The translations under genes and the position numbers were made by a program. A stretch of 64,000 nucleotides of DNA, taken from the NCBI RefSeq assembly GCF_006345805.1, contig NC_043019.1:21265360-21329359 (forward strand). Direction: 5' to 3'. Every line of letters begins with the position of its first letter. Position 1 is the first letter of the stretch. The DNA is from Octopus sinensis. Lineage: Eukaryota. Under the pieces are notes generated by a model. The model ran no database searches. It saw nothing but the letters and a program-made list of their open reading frames with translations, and was not told the origin of the DNA. This document shows positions 11,833 through 24,398 of the stretch, piece by piece.

Positions 11833-13328
11833 AACTACGATTTTATTTTTTTGTTTATATATTTGTTTTCATATCCTTCATCATCTCGCCTCCTCCTCAC
11901 ACCCCCAAAGTATTACTGTGCAAACTGATCCTCAAACTTGAGAAACGCCTCCAGTTCAACGTGGCACGGTGTGAAGTTACTCACAATCATCGGGATTGAA
12001 TATTTTAATTGTATTATCAATTTTTTTTTTTTTTTTTTCTTGTGATGAAAACAATTTTTTGTAATGGATATTTTGCTAGAGGGAAAGAAGAGAAAAATAA
12101 ATCAAACGAAAAATGATGGACTTTAAGGAATTTTGTGGAAGCATTTTGGAAAGTTAGCAATGACAAAAGGAAGAAATGAAGGTTTGAAAAAGAAAGAAAG
12201 AAAGAATGAGAGAAGAAAAAAAAGAAAGAGAAGGAAAAAAAAAGAAAAAAATCACTGTGTTGTTTTCCTTCTTTCTAAAATAAAAAATTAAAAAATAAAA
12301 ACATTATAATAATAATAATAATCTTTAATTAACCATTAAATAATTTTCAGAGGAAACAAGACAAAAAAAAAGAAAAAAAAAGTAAGAAAGAAAAGAAAAT
12401 GAACCATTGTATATTCATCCAATTTTTAAAAAAATCTGCTGAAATAATCTGGAGATATCATTAATCATTTCTGTGTTTGGTGTGTGTATATATGTATGTA
12501 TTATATATATTGTATATGTATGTATTATATATATTATATATGCATGTGTATTTAAGAAAAAAATACTTACAGGCTAAGATTGCTTGATGGGGGAAAATTC
12601 TATCATTTGCAAGGCATTCTGTGGTGTCACCATGGCTTTTGACCAGTTTGACTGTTTGTATTGTCTTCTTATGTATGTTGACACTCTACACTGAGTACTT
12701 GGGTCTTTTGTTCAAACTATATCTATATGCAGTGAGATGGGGTGTTTTTGTGTGTATATACAATTGAGTTGAACCTAGTGTTTTTTTTTTTTTCCAAAAA
12801 AAGTATAATATTCACTGTAAAAAAACCAAAAAAGATAAGGCCCCATACAGGGGAACAGTCTAAGGTCTGAGTAGAACTTCAGTGTTTCACAATCAACAGC
12901 TCGTCAGTCAGTGAAGAGTGAAAGGTAAGACTAAGAGGGAAAATTTATTGACCACGGGGCAGTGAATTAAGAAGGATGATTTTAATAGCTGAAACAGAGA
13001 GAAGAATGTTTAGATTTTAAAATATATTGTCATGCATATATATGAGGGATGATCTAAATTGGTCATGGACAAACTGTGGCTCACTGGACCTTCTCAATGA
13101 CATGCCTAATGAAAAATTATCCTGATTTTTTTTTTTTTTTTTTTTAGTGCAGCTTGTCTGATGATAAGCTGTCTCACGCAGCCCTTTTCTCAAAGAAATG
13201 GTTGCCCATGCCTGATAGATATATATAAGGATATATATATTATATATACATACTAGGAAAAATTAGCATATAAGATGTACATGTATTGAGATGGAAGTAC
13301 TTTCACAACATAAATATATACAAACATA

Positions 13329-13719
13329 GGCGCAGGAGTGGCTGTGTGGTAAGTAGCTTGCTAACCAACCACATGGTTCTGGGTTCAGTCCCACTGCGTG
13401 GCATCTTGGGCAAGTGTCTTCTGCTATAGCCTCGGGCCGACCAATGCCTTGTGAGTGGATTTGGTAGACGGAAACTGAAAGAAGCCTGTCGTATATATGT
13501 ATATATATATATATGTGTGTATATGTGTTTGTCCCCCTAGCATTGCTTGACAACCGATGCTGGTGTGTTTACGTCCCCGTCACTTAGCAGTTCGGCAAAA
13601 GAGACCGATAGAATAAGTACTGGGCTTACAAAGAATAAGTCCTGAGGTCGATTTGCTCGACTAAAGGCGGTGCTCCAGCATGGCCGCAGTCAAATGACTG
13701 AAACGAGTAAAAGAGTAAA
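13329..13719 (+). mobile_element. SINE family A, full-length young copy
   Basis: Near-identical to the reverse complement of 52344-52754 and 20727-21113. Confidence 0.9.
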
Positions 13720-14019
13720 CCGTGTATCTGTCTAGGTACAAGCATAGTTGTATAATTAAGGAGTTTATTTTGTTTAACTGTTTTTCCATGATATCATGTG
13801 TTAGACGGGGACTAACTTCTGACAGCCCTTTACAGTTGGATGTTATTCTTGTCATCGAAACCATTTTTCAAGGAGGAGCTTGTTTTTCTTTATTTTCACA
13901 TCATTGGTTTTAGAAAGTGCAGAGCAGTCAGTTGTAATGCAAACGTTGTATCACTGTTTTGCTCAAAGTTTTAAAATGTTAATTCACACACCTAAGTATT
14001 TGCGTGTGCGCTCTGTTCT

Positions 14020-14365
14020 ATTCACAAGGCATTGGCCAGTGTGTATATGTAAAGGATAAAGACTCCCTTTGGTCACAAATGACTATGGAATTGCATCTAG
14101 GCACAAATCAAGGCAAGGTTGTTTGTGGAAGATCAACAGTCACCCATGCACACCAATACCCTCTGCCATGTTATCAATGTTGTCCAAGGGAAAGGCAAAG
14201 GGGCCGATACAGCTTAGCACCTATGATGTCGCAACTCATTTCTACAGCTGAGTGAACTGGAGCAACATGAATTAAAGTGTCTTGCTCAAGAACACAACAC
14301 ACAGCCCAGTCTAGGAATCGAACTCAGAATCTCATGACCGTAAGCTCAATGCTCTAACCTCTGAG
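14020..14365 (-). mobile_element. SINE family D (tRNA-like head ...GGTTAGAGCA...GAGTTCGATTCC; core TGTGTTCTTGAGCAAGACACTT...GCTCCAGTTCACTCAGCTGTAGAAATGAG)
   Basis: Related copies at ~25270-25505 (-), 36455-36540 (-), 47617-47820 (+) and 49960-50195 (-). Confidence 0.7.
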
Positions 14366-14985
14366 TTCTTCACTGGGCTGTGTGTGTATGAAACAAAATT
14401 GATTCAAGTGAAGAGACTTAGAGTGATCATTGGCATGAATTTGGATTAGAGAAATGAAAAAGGTATACTAGGTACATGATAAATGAGAGAAAGTAAACAA
14501 ATGACTAAGGGTGGTTGATTAATCAGTCTCTTGAATTAAGATACCATTATAGAAAATAATACAAGTCTTCTTTGGAGACCAGACAGCTGTAAACGTGTTT
14601 CTACTTTAATGGACATCATCTTACCTGGACTGCCGCTAGACATAAGACAATCATATATAGGTGTGTGTTTATGTATATACATATAACAACTCTACTCACA
14701 CATTTGGTGGTCCAGGGCTGTACTAAATGACCCTTGTGCTAGAGGACGGTGGGACTGAACCCAAAACCATCACTTAGTTGCAAGGCAAAGTTCTTAACCA
14801 TTCAGCCATGCCTGTGCCTATATCACTACACACACACACAAAGTGAATATAAGAACCAGAAGATGTATGTAAAGGAGCCCACACTTCATTCTACGCACAA
14901 TACTGGATTGTTTAAATATGTATGGAAAATATATAACAATGTAATATATATGAAGAACTTCAGTAGATAGAAACTGAAAGAACCC

Positions 14986-15030
<45 letters not shown>

Positions 15031-15230
15031 CATGTCAAAGGGAAATGGAATTTAATTAAAATTAAAACATTCAATCAAAATTTACATTTCCAGTGGTCTA
15101 ACGTGCAAAAAAAAATTAGTCAAGAAGACTATATATAAGTCTGTTTACAGAACCTAGCTGTTCTTTCTAGCGTGCTGAATTCTCTATTAGTGGATTTCTT
15201 ATGTGTTTAAATATACACTATATCGTATGA

Positions 15231-15269
<39 letters not shown>

Positions 15270-15642
15270 ACTTTCAGGAGCAATAGTGATTTATTGAGCC
15301 AGAAGGTTGTGGATATCATCAACTCCATTCCTTAACTATGTGTGTGTGATTGTTAATTTACACTATGCTGTAAAAAGTGTTGCCATGATTTGTTGACATT
15401 TCTTGTCAGACAAATCAACTGTTAACTCTGTGCTTTTGAATTCCTAAAGGATAAAAATAATAAAAAGTCCTCATACTTGAAACACAGGTGAAGATTTATG
15501 CTAGATAGAGCAGCCAGCTATAACAAAAAATCCCACCCTAAACATCATTGGCAAAACAGGCATTAAACAAATTATAAAAGATAGATATTTACTTGTTTCA
15601 GTCATTTCACTGTGTCCATGCTGGGGCATCACCTAAAAGGTT

Positions 15643-16028
15643 TTACTTTTCAACATAGTCTTCCTTGCAGTCCATACACTTCTTTCATCAGTGTTGCAGG
15701 GCTTCGATCCCATTGGTGAAGAAGCTTTCTTCCTGTTGGTCAAAAAAAGTCATCAACAGCATATATGATGTCATCATCATTGTGACACTGGTTCGTTGGG
15801 GGGGCAAAACCCTTTTTCTGCAGGTACTTCATAATGCTGTGATGTGAAATTTTGTCCATTTTCAAGAGAGGTTACTAGTTAGTTTTGAAGTCCTTTTTAA
15901 ACAGTCAGACGTCGGTTTACCTGGAAAGAAAGAATGCAGTTATTAACAAGCAGTTGAAATTAATACATGCAAGATTTCACAGCTTTAATATCACTCCTTC
16001 ATATGAACTTTTCAGCCTACCCACACAT
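15643..16028 (-). mobile_element. Internally deleted mariner-type DNA transposon
   Basis: 5' end GGGTAGGCTGAAAAGTTC. N-terminus MDKISHHSIMKYLQKKGFAP is joined almost directly to the C-terminus DDDIIYAVDDFFDQQEESFFTNGIEALQH**KKCMDCKEDYVEK*, the typical mariner ...GI..L..RW.KC....GDYVEK end. Confidence 0.8.
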
Positions 16029-17235
16029 ATATATATACAAAGGGCTTCCACACAATTTCCATCTGCCAAATTCACTCTCAAGATATTGATTGGTGAGCTC
16101 AAGGCTACAGTAGAAAGCAGCACTTGCTCAAGGTGTCCTGTAGTGAGTTTGAACCCAAAGCCACAGTTGCAAAGTGAGCTTCCTAACTACACAGCCATAC
16201 CTCAGCTTCTATATAATAAAGAAGAGAGATGAGCAAAAATATGTAAATAGTGAAAATAATTAGTCTCTAAATTAAATTTAAATGCTGGAAGTGAAAACAA
16301 AGGAAGTGATTCCTTGTATTTGAATATAGAAAATGATATTTTTTTTTTATACATACGTGATACCAATTCAAACTATCTGGCCTTGACTCCACTTACATGA
16401 AGTAGTTCCTTATATTTAAAATTCTGGTACCACTTCTTAGTGTAACACAATATTCAGGCCCTGCAATTGAAATAGACAATAAAGAATTATAATAAAACTA
16501 CTAAGAACAATGAAGGAGTCAGCAAGTAAAAGTTTAGGGTTTATATAACAGCAGATAAGGAGAAGGATTGATAGAATTTAAAGGTTTGGAAATTGACAGT
16601 AAAATAGTGAAAGACAAGAGATAGATGTTTTTGATGCTGAGAAACCAAAGAACTGCTAGATAATGGAAGTGGAGGGAGGTGGGTGGGTGTTATCCTCTAC
16701 CCCTTAACAACTGGTCTTTGTTTGTGTCCACTGTAGCAAAGAAAGAGAGCCTGTTTTGAAGGAGATCAATTGAGTCATTATGTGGTAAGAAGCTTGCTTC
16801 CCCACCACATGGTTCTGGGTTCAATTATGCCTTGGACTAATGTGTGTTGCTTAAAAACTGTATTTATGTCTCCATAATTTAGCAGTTCAGCAAAAGAGAC
16901 CAATAGAATAATTACCAGGCTTTAAAAATAAAAGGGAAACAAGTACTAGGGTAAATTCATTCAACTAAAATTCCTCAAGGCCGTGCCCCAGCATGGCCAC
17001 AGTTTAAAGACTGAAACAAGTAAAAGACAGATGTTTCTGTGGGTTCGTATAAAATAAGGTGTGATTGCTGTTTTATGGAGAAAATGAGAAAATATAAGCT
17101 GATAGTGTAGTGGAAGTTTGTTAAGGATGAAAAAAAGGAATAGAATTTGTCGGTGAATGTTATTTGTTGTTTTTCACTTGAAAAATATTATCTTCCAATA
17201 ATTGTGTGTATATATGTATATATATATATATATAC

Positions 17236-17600
17236 ATCATCATCATCATCGTTTAGCGTCCGTTTTCCATGCTAGCATGGGTTGGACGGTTCTACTGGGG
17301 TCTGTGAAGCCAGAAGGCTTCATCAGGCCCAGTCAAATCTGGCAGAGTTTCTACAGCTGGATGCTCTTCCTAATGCCAACCACTCCGTGAGTGTAGTGGG
17401 TGCTTTTTACGTGCCACCCGTACAGGTGCCAGACAGAGCTGGCAAACGGCCACGAACGGATGGTACTTTTTATGTGCCACCGGCACAAGGGCCAGGCGAG
17501 GCTGGCAACGGACACGAAACGGGGCGGTGCTGGCAACGGTCGCGAAACGGAAGGTTCTCTTACATGCCACCGGCACTGGTAACACATCTGCAATTTCCAT
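17236..17600 (-). mobile_element. RTE LINE 3' UTR fragment (family C) with internal ~45-bp tandem units and (GAT)n tail
   Basis: Same sequence as the 3' UTR following the RTE ORF end at 24000-24398. Other copies at 18968-19165, 34640-34830, 46000-46205, 51935-52032, 58340-58535 and 59745-60105. Confidence 0.8.
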
Positions 17601-17602
17601 TG

Positions 17603-17639
<37 letters not shown>

Positions 17640-18132
17640 CATATATATATATATATAGTCCAACCCATGCTAGCATGGAAAGCGGACATTAAACGATGGT
17701 GATGATATATATACACACACATATATGTTTAGATATAAATATATAAGCATATGTCTGTGTGTATGTATATTTATATATACAGATGTACAAGATATGCCAA
17801 AGGTAAGCAGTGTTAGCGTTTGTAGCAACTGACTAAGGGATACAGGTGTGTATATGTAATATGTAAAAGCTTGTGCATGTATAATATATGTATGCAATTA
17901 TATGTAATATGTTTAAGTTTGAATGTATATACATACACACAACACTCAGTCTCACATTTTAAAATCATTCCTTTCATGGTTATATATATATATAAAAAAA
18001 AAAAAAGAAAAACTTAAAGGGGTGTTGCATATTTTAATTAAGTCTCTATGAACTGCTTAATTGGAACTAGCGTAAAAAAAAAAGGATATACATAGGTTTA
18101 ATATACACCTGTATATCAAATGGTACAGCCTC

Positions 18133-18170
<38 letters not shown>

Positions 18171-19689
18171 TACAGAGACTGTCACGTCAGTTTCTTGCTG
18201 AGAATTGCATTAAGGGTACATGTCTGTGGAGTACTCAGCCATCTAGACGTTTATTCAATGAGCAGGTAATTCAGTTTATTAAACCACTGGATACGCATTA
18301 TTGAACAACTGAGACCCACCACCACCACAATACTTACACACATACATACATACGTATATATATAAAATAACAACAAAAATTTTCAAGTATTATAGAAAAA
18401 AATGTAAATATATATTTTTTAAAATTCACTGACACAATTGTTTTTTTCTTTTTGTTTTCATTTTATTTTTTCATTGTTTTGAGTATTTTTGTTGGAGTAG
18501 TTTGTTTTATTTTTTGTATTCTTATTATTAAGACAGCAATCTGGCAGGGTCAAATGCCACCAAGATCAACTTAGCCCTTCTTTTGGTATTGGTGACTGTG
18601 GGGTGTCAATAAAATAAAGTGCCAGGGATGTACTGGGATTGGTGGTATCAACTAACCCCCACCTCTCAAAACTGTTGGCTTTGTACCTAAATCAGAAACA
18701 ATTATTATTATTGATAATAATAAGCAGAGTGGAGAGCTGGCAGAACCATTAGCACACCATGCAAAAAGCTTAGTGGCATTTCATCTGTCTATATGTTCTG
18801 AGTTCAAATTCTGCCACGATTGATTTTGTCTTCCATCCTTTTGAGGTTGATTAAATAAATACCAGTCAAGCACTGGAGTTAATGTAATCAACTTACCCCA
18901 TTCCCCGAAATTGCTGGCCTTGTGCCAAAATTTGAAACCATTTCTACTGCTAATAAAAATCATTCGTTCGTTTAATGTCCGTTCCCCATGCTAGCATGGG
19001 TTGGACAGTTCGACCAGGGTCTGGAAAGCCAGGAGGCTGCACCAGGCTCCAGTCTTATCTGGCAATGTTTCTACAGCTGGATGCCCTTCCTAACGCCAAC
19101 CACTCCGAGAGTGTAGTGGGTGCTTTTTACGTGCCACCCGCACAGGTGCCAGGCGAGGCTGGTGACGATAATAATTCAGAGTTATGTCAAGGGGTGAGAC
19201 ATCTCTCTCCTTTATTCTGAGATCAAATCCCACCAAGGCCAATTTTGACTTTCATCTTTTTTAGGGTCAGTGAAATAAGCACCACTGGAATTGACGTAAT
19301 CGACTAGCCCCCTCACCCCAAATTTCAAGCCTAATATTATTATCGATGCAGCAAGCTGGCAGTCATTTGAGCCTTAGGTAGAATACTTCACAGTATCTGT
19401 TTGAGCTCTTTATATTCCAAGTTCAAATCTCACCGTAGTTACCTTTGTCTTTCATCACTCTGAGGTTGATAAAATAAAGAACCAATCAAATAATGGGGTT
19501 GATTTAACCCACTAATCCTAATCCCACTAATTCAAAAACAAGCCAAGTGGATTGGCAAAATCATGAGAGCATCAAATTGACTCAAAGTATTTATTCCAGA
19601 TCTGTACATTCTGAGTTCAAATCCCACCATGATCGACTTTACCTTTCACCCTTCATTTCCTTTTCCCTGGTCTTGTATCTATCTTTCAA

Positions 19690-20241
19690 TCTTTTACTTG
19701 TTTCATTGGGCTGCTGCCATTCTGGGGCACCACCATAAAGTGTTTTAGTCAAACACATCGACCCCAGGACTTATTCTTTGTAAGCCTGGTACTTATTCTA
19801 TCGGTCTCTTTTGCCGAATCGCTAAGTAACGGGGACGTAAACATAACAGCATCGGTTGTCAAGCGATGTTGGGGGGACAAACACAAACACACACATATAT
19901 ACATATATATATACATTTATATATATATATATATATATATATACATACATATATATATATATACATATATATATATACATATACATATATATACTTATAT
20001 ATATATACATATACATATATATACTTATATATACATATACATATATATACATATATATATATACTTATATATATACATATACATATATATACATATATAT
20101 AACATATATATACATATATATATATATACATATATATAATATATATATATATATACATATATATACTATATATATACATATATATACATATATATACATA
20201 TATATATACATATATATACATATATATACATATATATATAC

Positions 20242-20272
<31 letters not shown>

Positions 20273-20451
20273 CATATATACTGTATATATATACGACAGG
20301 CTTCTTTCAGTTCCTGTCTACCAAATCCACTCACAAGGCGTTGGTTGGCCCGAGGCTATAGTAGAAGACACTTTCTCAAGGTGCCACACAGTGGGACTGA
20401 ACCCAGAACCATGTAGTTGGTAAGCAAGCTACTTACCACACAGCCACTCCT
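19690..20451 (-). mobile_element. SINE family A with ~400 bp internal (TA/TACA)n expansion
   Basis: Head at 20451-20390, tail at 19690-19760, microsatellite ~19895-20295 at the family's internal TA position. Confidence 0.85.
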
Positions 20452-20726
20452 GGACCTATGCAATGAGATTCATCACAGTTTCCATCTTCTAAATCAACTC
20501 ACAAGGCACTGATCGGCCTGGGGCTATAGGAGAAGACACTGCCCAAGATACCCAGCAGTGGGATTGAACCTTAACCACACAGCTATGCCTGCATAGATTT
20601 TCCTCTTTTTTTCTTCTTTATCTTATTTTGTTCTTGTTTGTTCCATAAAGAATTTTACTGTTTCACACTCCATGACATATTTAATTGCCAAAGAAATTTT
20701 AAAACCAACAAATTAAAAATTTTGGA

Positions 20727-21113
20727 TTACTCTTTACTCTTTTACTTGTTTCAGTCATTTGACTGTGGCCATGCTGGAGCACCACCTTTTTAGTCGAGCA
20801 AATCGACCCCAACACTTACTCTTTGTAAGCCTAGTACTTATTCTATCGGTCTCTTTTTGCCGAACCGCTAAGTTACGGGGACGTAAACACACCAGCATCG
20901 GTTGTCAAGCGATGTTGGGGGGACTAACACAGACACACAAACATATACACATACACATATACGACGGGCTTCTTTTAGTTTCTGTCTACCAAATCCACTC
21001 ACAAGGCTTTGGTCGGCCTGAGGCTATAGTAGAAGACACTTGCCCAAGGTGCCACGCAGTGGGACTGAACCCGGAACCATGTGGCTGGTTAGCAAGCTAC
21101 TTACCACACAGCC
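20727..21113 (-). mobile_element. SINE family A, full-length
   Basis: Reverse complement of the 13329-13719 consensus. Confidence 0.9.
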
Positions 21114-21567
21114 AAAAGAAAAATTTTTGTTTCCCCTCAATCCGTTCCACCTTCAATCACCACATCCTTTACAAACATCCCAAGAATTTAAAATAATAAA
21201 CTATCTCAGCAGATGGATTATAAAATAAAGCTTAAAATAGGAAATAACTCAATATATTAAACCTGAGTATTACAAAAGAAACTGGGGAAGGACAGAAAGG
21301 TTTTTTTATACTCTTTTAAATGCTTTCACAAAATTACAAAATATTACATGAAAACTGGAGATGATTTAAACTGGCCCAAATATTCTACCTGTTTTAGGTT
21401 CAAACTGGCCAGATCCAACCTCTTGCACCTGCCCTACAATGTCAGTCTACAATGACATCATTTAAATCTAGAAGCAGTGAGATAATCCATGATTAATTCA
21501 AAACAATGTGAATAAATAAGGATTACATTTGACAGAGTAATCTGAACGCTAAAGGGTTACACTCTAA

Positions 21568-21797
21568 AGGCGGTGAGCTGGCAGAAATGTTAGCACGCCG
21601 GGCGAAATGCTTAGCGGCATTTTGTCTGCGTTACGTTGTGAGTTCAAATTCCACCGAGGTCGACTTTGCCTTTCATTCTTTCGGGGTCGATAAATTAAGT
21701 GCCAGTTACGCACTGGGGTCGATGTAATCGACTTAATACCTATATCTGTCCTTGTTTGTCCCCTATGTTTAGCCCCTTGTGGGTAATAAAGAAATAG
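21568..21797 (+). mobile_element. SINE family B (GGCGGTGAGCTGGCAGAA... GGTCGACTTTGCCTTTCATCCTTTCGGGGTCGATAAATTAAGTACCAG... GCCCCTTGTGGGTAATAAAGAAATA)
   Basis: Near-identical reverse copy at 63665-63908. Many older copies (e.g. 2475, 6000, 11440, 18730, 22134, 40100, 40470, 40650, 41945, 44705, 57598, 62080-63350). Confidence 0.85.
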
Positions 21798-22795
21798 GTT
21801 ACACTCTAAAGAAAAACTTGATGGTGGGGATCACAAACTTTAGTGAAATTTCTTTATAAATCTAATTGAAACGGAATAGACATGGCTGTGTGGTTAAGAA
21901 GGTTGATTTGAAACCATGTGGTTATGAGTTCAATCCCATGCTGTGGGATTGAAACTGCAACCATTGCTTTTGAACAAGTATTTTATACTAGAGTTAATTT
22001 TGAATGACTGACGAATTGACTTGTGAGTGGAATTTGGTACATGGAAACTGGGGAAACCTGTCATGTATATGTGTGTGCATGTCTGTGTATATAGTACTTG
22101 CGTGAGTGAGTGTGTATATATGCATGCATCGACTTAGCCTTTCATCCTTTCGGGGTCGATAAATTAAGTACCAGTTACACACTGGGGTCGACTTAATCCC
22201 GTTTGTCCCCTCTGTGTTTAGCCCCTTGTGGGTAGTAAAGAAATATATATGTGAGTATTCATGTGTGTGTATTGGGTTGTGTCCCTTTATATCTAGAGGT
22301 AACCTTAGCCATTTGATTCATAGGGGTCAACAAAAGAAGTACCTTGGAAGGTGGGTATTGATACGATTGGTTAAGACCTTTGACATTTACACTCCAGCAT
22401 AGTCACAGTCCAAAGATAGAAACCAGCAGTAAAAAAAATTAAAGGAAATAAGAAATAATCGTTCTTTATAAACCCTACCAAAAAAAAGGAAGTGGTGGAG
22501 GGTGAGTTTCTGGTTCATGGAGGATGGAGATCCTTCCTGAGTCATATAGATTCATAGGGTTGGTTTCCCAGTTTATGTGCTGGATGTATTCTGCCCCTGG
22601 ATGGGACAACATTCCATCACAGGATTACTCATTTTTGCCAGCTGATTGAGGACTGGATTAAAGTATCCTTCTTGTGGTGCTGCAGCAGCCAATCATCACT
22701 GATGTAAATAAATTCATTTGTACCAAATATTTTCACATCACTTCCTCCTGCACTTTCCTTCATCAAATTTCACTGACAATTGTGAAACCTCCATA

Positions 22796-22934
22796 GGCGC
22801 AGGAGTGGCTGTGTGGTAAGTAGCTTGTTTACCAACCACATGGTTCCAGGTTCAGTCCCACTGCATGGCACCTTGGGCCGACCAAAGCCTTGTGAGTGGA
22901 TTTGGTAGACGGAAACTGAAAGAAGCCCGTCGTA

Positions 22935-22972
<38 letters not shown>

Positions 22973-23188
22973 TATGTGCGTGTATGTTTGTGTGTCTGTT
23001 TGTCCCATCCAATATCGCTTGACAACCGATGCTGGTGTGTTTATGTCCCCGTCACTTAGCGGTTTGGTAAAAGAGACCGATAGAATAAGTACTGGGCTCA
23101 CAAAGAATAAGTCCCGGGGTCGAGTTGCTTGATTAAAGGTGGTGCTCCAGCATAGCCACAGTCAAATGACTGAAACAAGTAAAGAGTA
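22796..23188 (+). mobile_element. SINE family A, with small internal deletion
   Basis: Same head and tail; lacks the AAGTGTCTTCTGCTATAGCCTC segment. Confidence 0.88.
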
Positions 23189-23194
23189 TACCAG

Positions 23195-23640
23195 AAATCA
23201 CCTTCTCACTGCACACATACTTCTACAAGCCAAAAAAGGAGACCTCTGTGCAGTCACTTAGTCTGTTAGAAACAGTAACCAAACTTGCCTCAAATCATAC
23301 ATGCAAGCCAATGAGGGAACCTCTATACAGTTGCTCAACATGCAAGAAACTGTAGCCAAATCTCATTCAAATTACACCCCACAGATATACACTTCCATAC
23401 AGGCCAATGAGGAGTCCTCTTCACAGTCACTTAATGCCCTAAAAATAGTAGCCAAATCTCCCTCGAAATCTCTCCACTGGCATATGCACCCATACAAGCT
23501 GAGGGAACCTCTACTTGCTAAAAAATAGCCAAATTTCCCAAAAATCACACTTCACTGATATACCTATAGCAGCCAAAGAGGAGACCTCTACACAGTCACT
23601 CAATATGCTAAAAATAGTATCCAAATCACACCCTGCCATC
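23195..23640 (+). repeat. Degenerate tandem array of ~70-100-bp units
   Basis: Recurring CAAGCCAA(T)GAGG.GACCTCT...CAGTCACT.AAT...AAAATAGTAGCCAAATCTC motif about 5 times. Single units occur elsewhere (~4250 reverse, 51210, 59225). Confidence 0.7.
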
Positions 23641-23654
23641 TTAAAAGAAATGAG

Positions 23655-24398
23655 GGATGTGTAATGTCAGTGTGCATACACAACAGAGTGTAAGAGTCCT
23701 GAGAGAAGAGTTGGGCATAAGAAGCATCAAATGTGGTGTGCAAGAGACGACTGTGCCGGTATGGTCATGTGTTCCATATGGAAGAGGACAGCTGTGTGAG
23801 GAAGTGCCACTCCCTAACTGTGGAAGGAACCTATAGGAGAGGTAGACCCAGGAAGACATGGGATGAAGTGGTGAAGCATGACCTTTGAACATTGGGACTC
23901 ACAGGGGCTATGACAAGAGACCGAGATCTTTGGAGGTATATGCTGTGCTTGAGAAGACTTTTCAACTAAAGTGACATTGCAGCCACACATGTCCAGCCCA
24001 GTTAAGAGTATCCCTGATGCTTGAGAAGACCTGTTGAGTCAAGTAAAACCAATATTGTAGCTGTGGCCAGTGTCCTCGACTGGCTCCTGTGCCGGTGGCA
24101 TGTAAAAAGCACCATCCAAACATGGCCGATACCAGTACCCCCCGACTGGCCCCCGTGCCAGTAGCACGTATAAAGTACTATCCAAACGTGATTGATACCA
24201 GGCCTGTCTGACTGGCTCCTGTGCCAGTGGCATGTAAAAAGCACCCACTATACCCTTGGAGTGGTTGGTATTAGGAAGGGCATCCAGCTGTAGAAACATT
24301 GTCAGATCAAATTGGAGCCACTGGCTGTCCAGACCTCGGTCAAACCGTCCAACCCATGCCAGCATGGAAAATGGACATTAAACGATGATGATGATGAT
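23655..24398 (+). mobile_element. 5'-truncated RTE LINE (ORF C-terminus + 3' UTR + (GAT)n tail)
   Basis: Reads RVLREELGIRSIKCGVQE..YGHVFHMEEDSCVRKCHSLTVEGTYRRGRPRKTWDEVVKHDL*TLGLTGAMTRDRDLWRY, the RTE GH...GxRxRGRPxxxW...DRxxWR end. Confidence 0.88.

Noticed and set aside
11818-11910. Possible 93-nt in-frame GT-AG intron in the alternative frame
   Set aside because: Weak donor (AT|GTATCA) and acceptor; it spans the canonical stop and has no independent support.
11630-11941. 103-aa ORF with apparent signal peptide (LILLLLLLFFF) as a standalone gene
   Set aside because: The hydrophobic start is an intronic (TTA)n/polypyrimidine tract following a SINE remnant. The rest is the alternative frame of the LRP1-like terminal exon.
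13329-13400. tRNA-like sequences at SINE heads as tRNA genes
   Set aside because: A/B-box-like motifs only; no full cloverleaf, and each continues into SINE body and tail.
17400-17580. Regularly spaced GTGCCACCGGCAC repeats resembling a CRISPR array (also 24075-24245 and 59815-59975)
   Set aside because: Degenerate tandem units inside the RTE 3' UTR; spacers are related to each other; eukaryotic context with no cas genes.
9767-20416. Many Y/I/T/H-rich ORFs (e.g. 9767-10069, 19856-20416; also 51405-51734)
   Set aside because: Translations of (TA)n/(CA)n microsatellites, which lack stops by construction.
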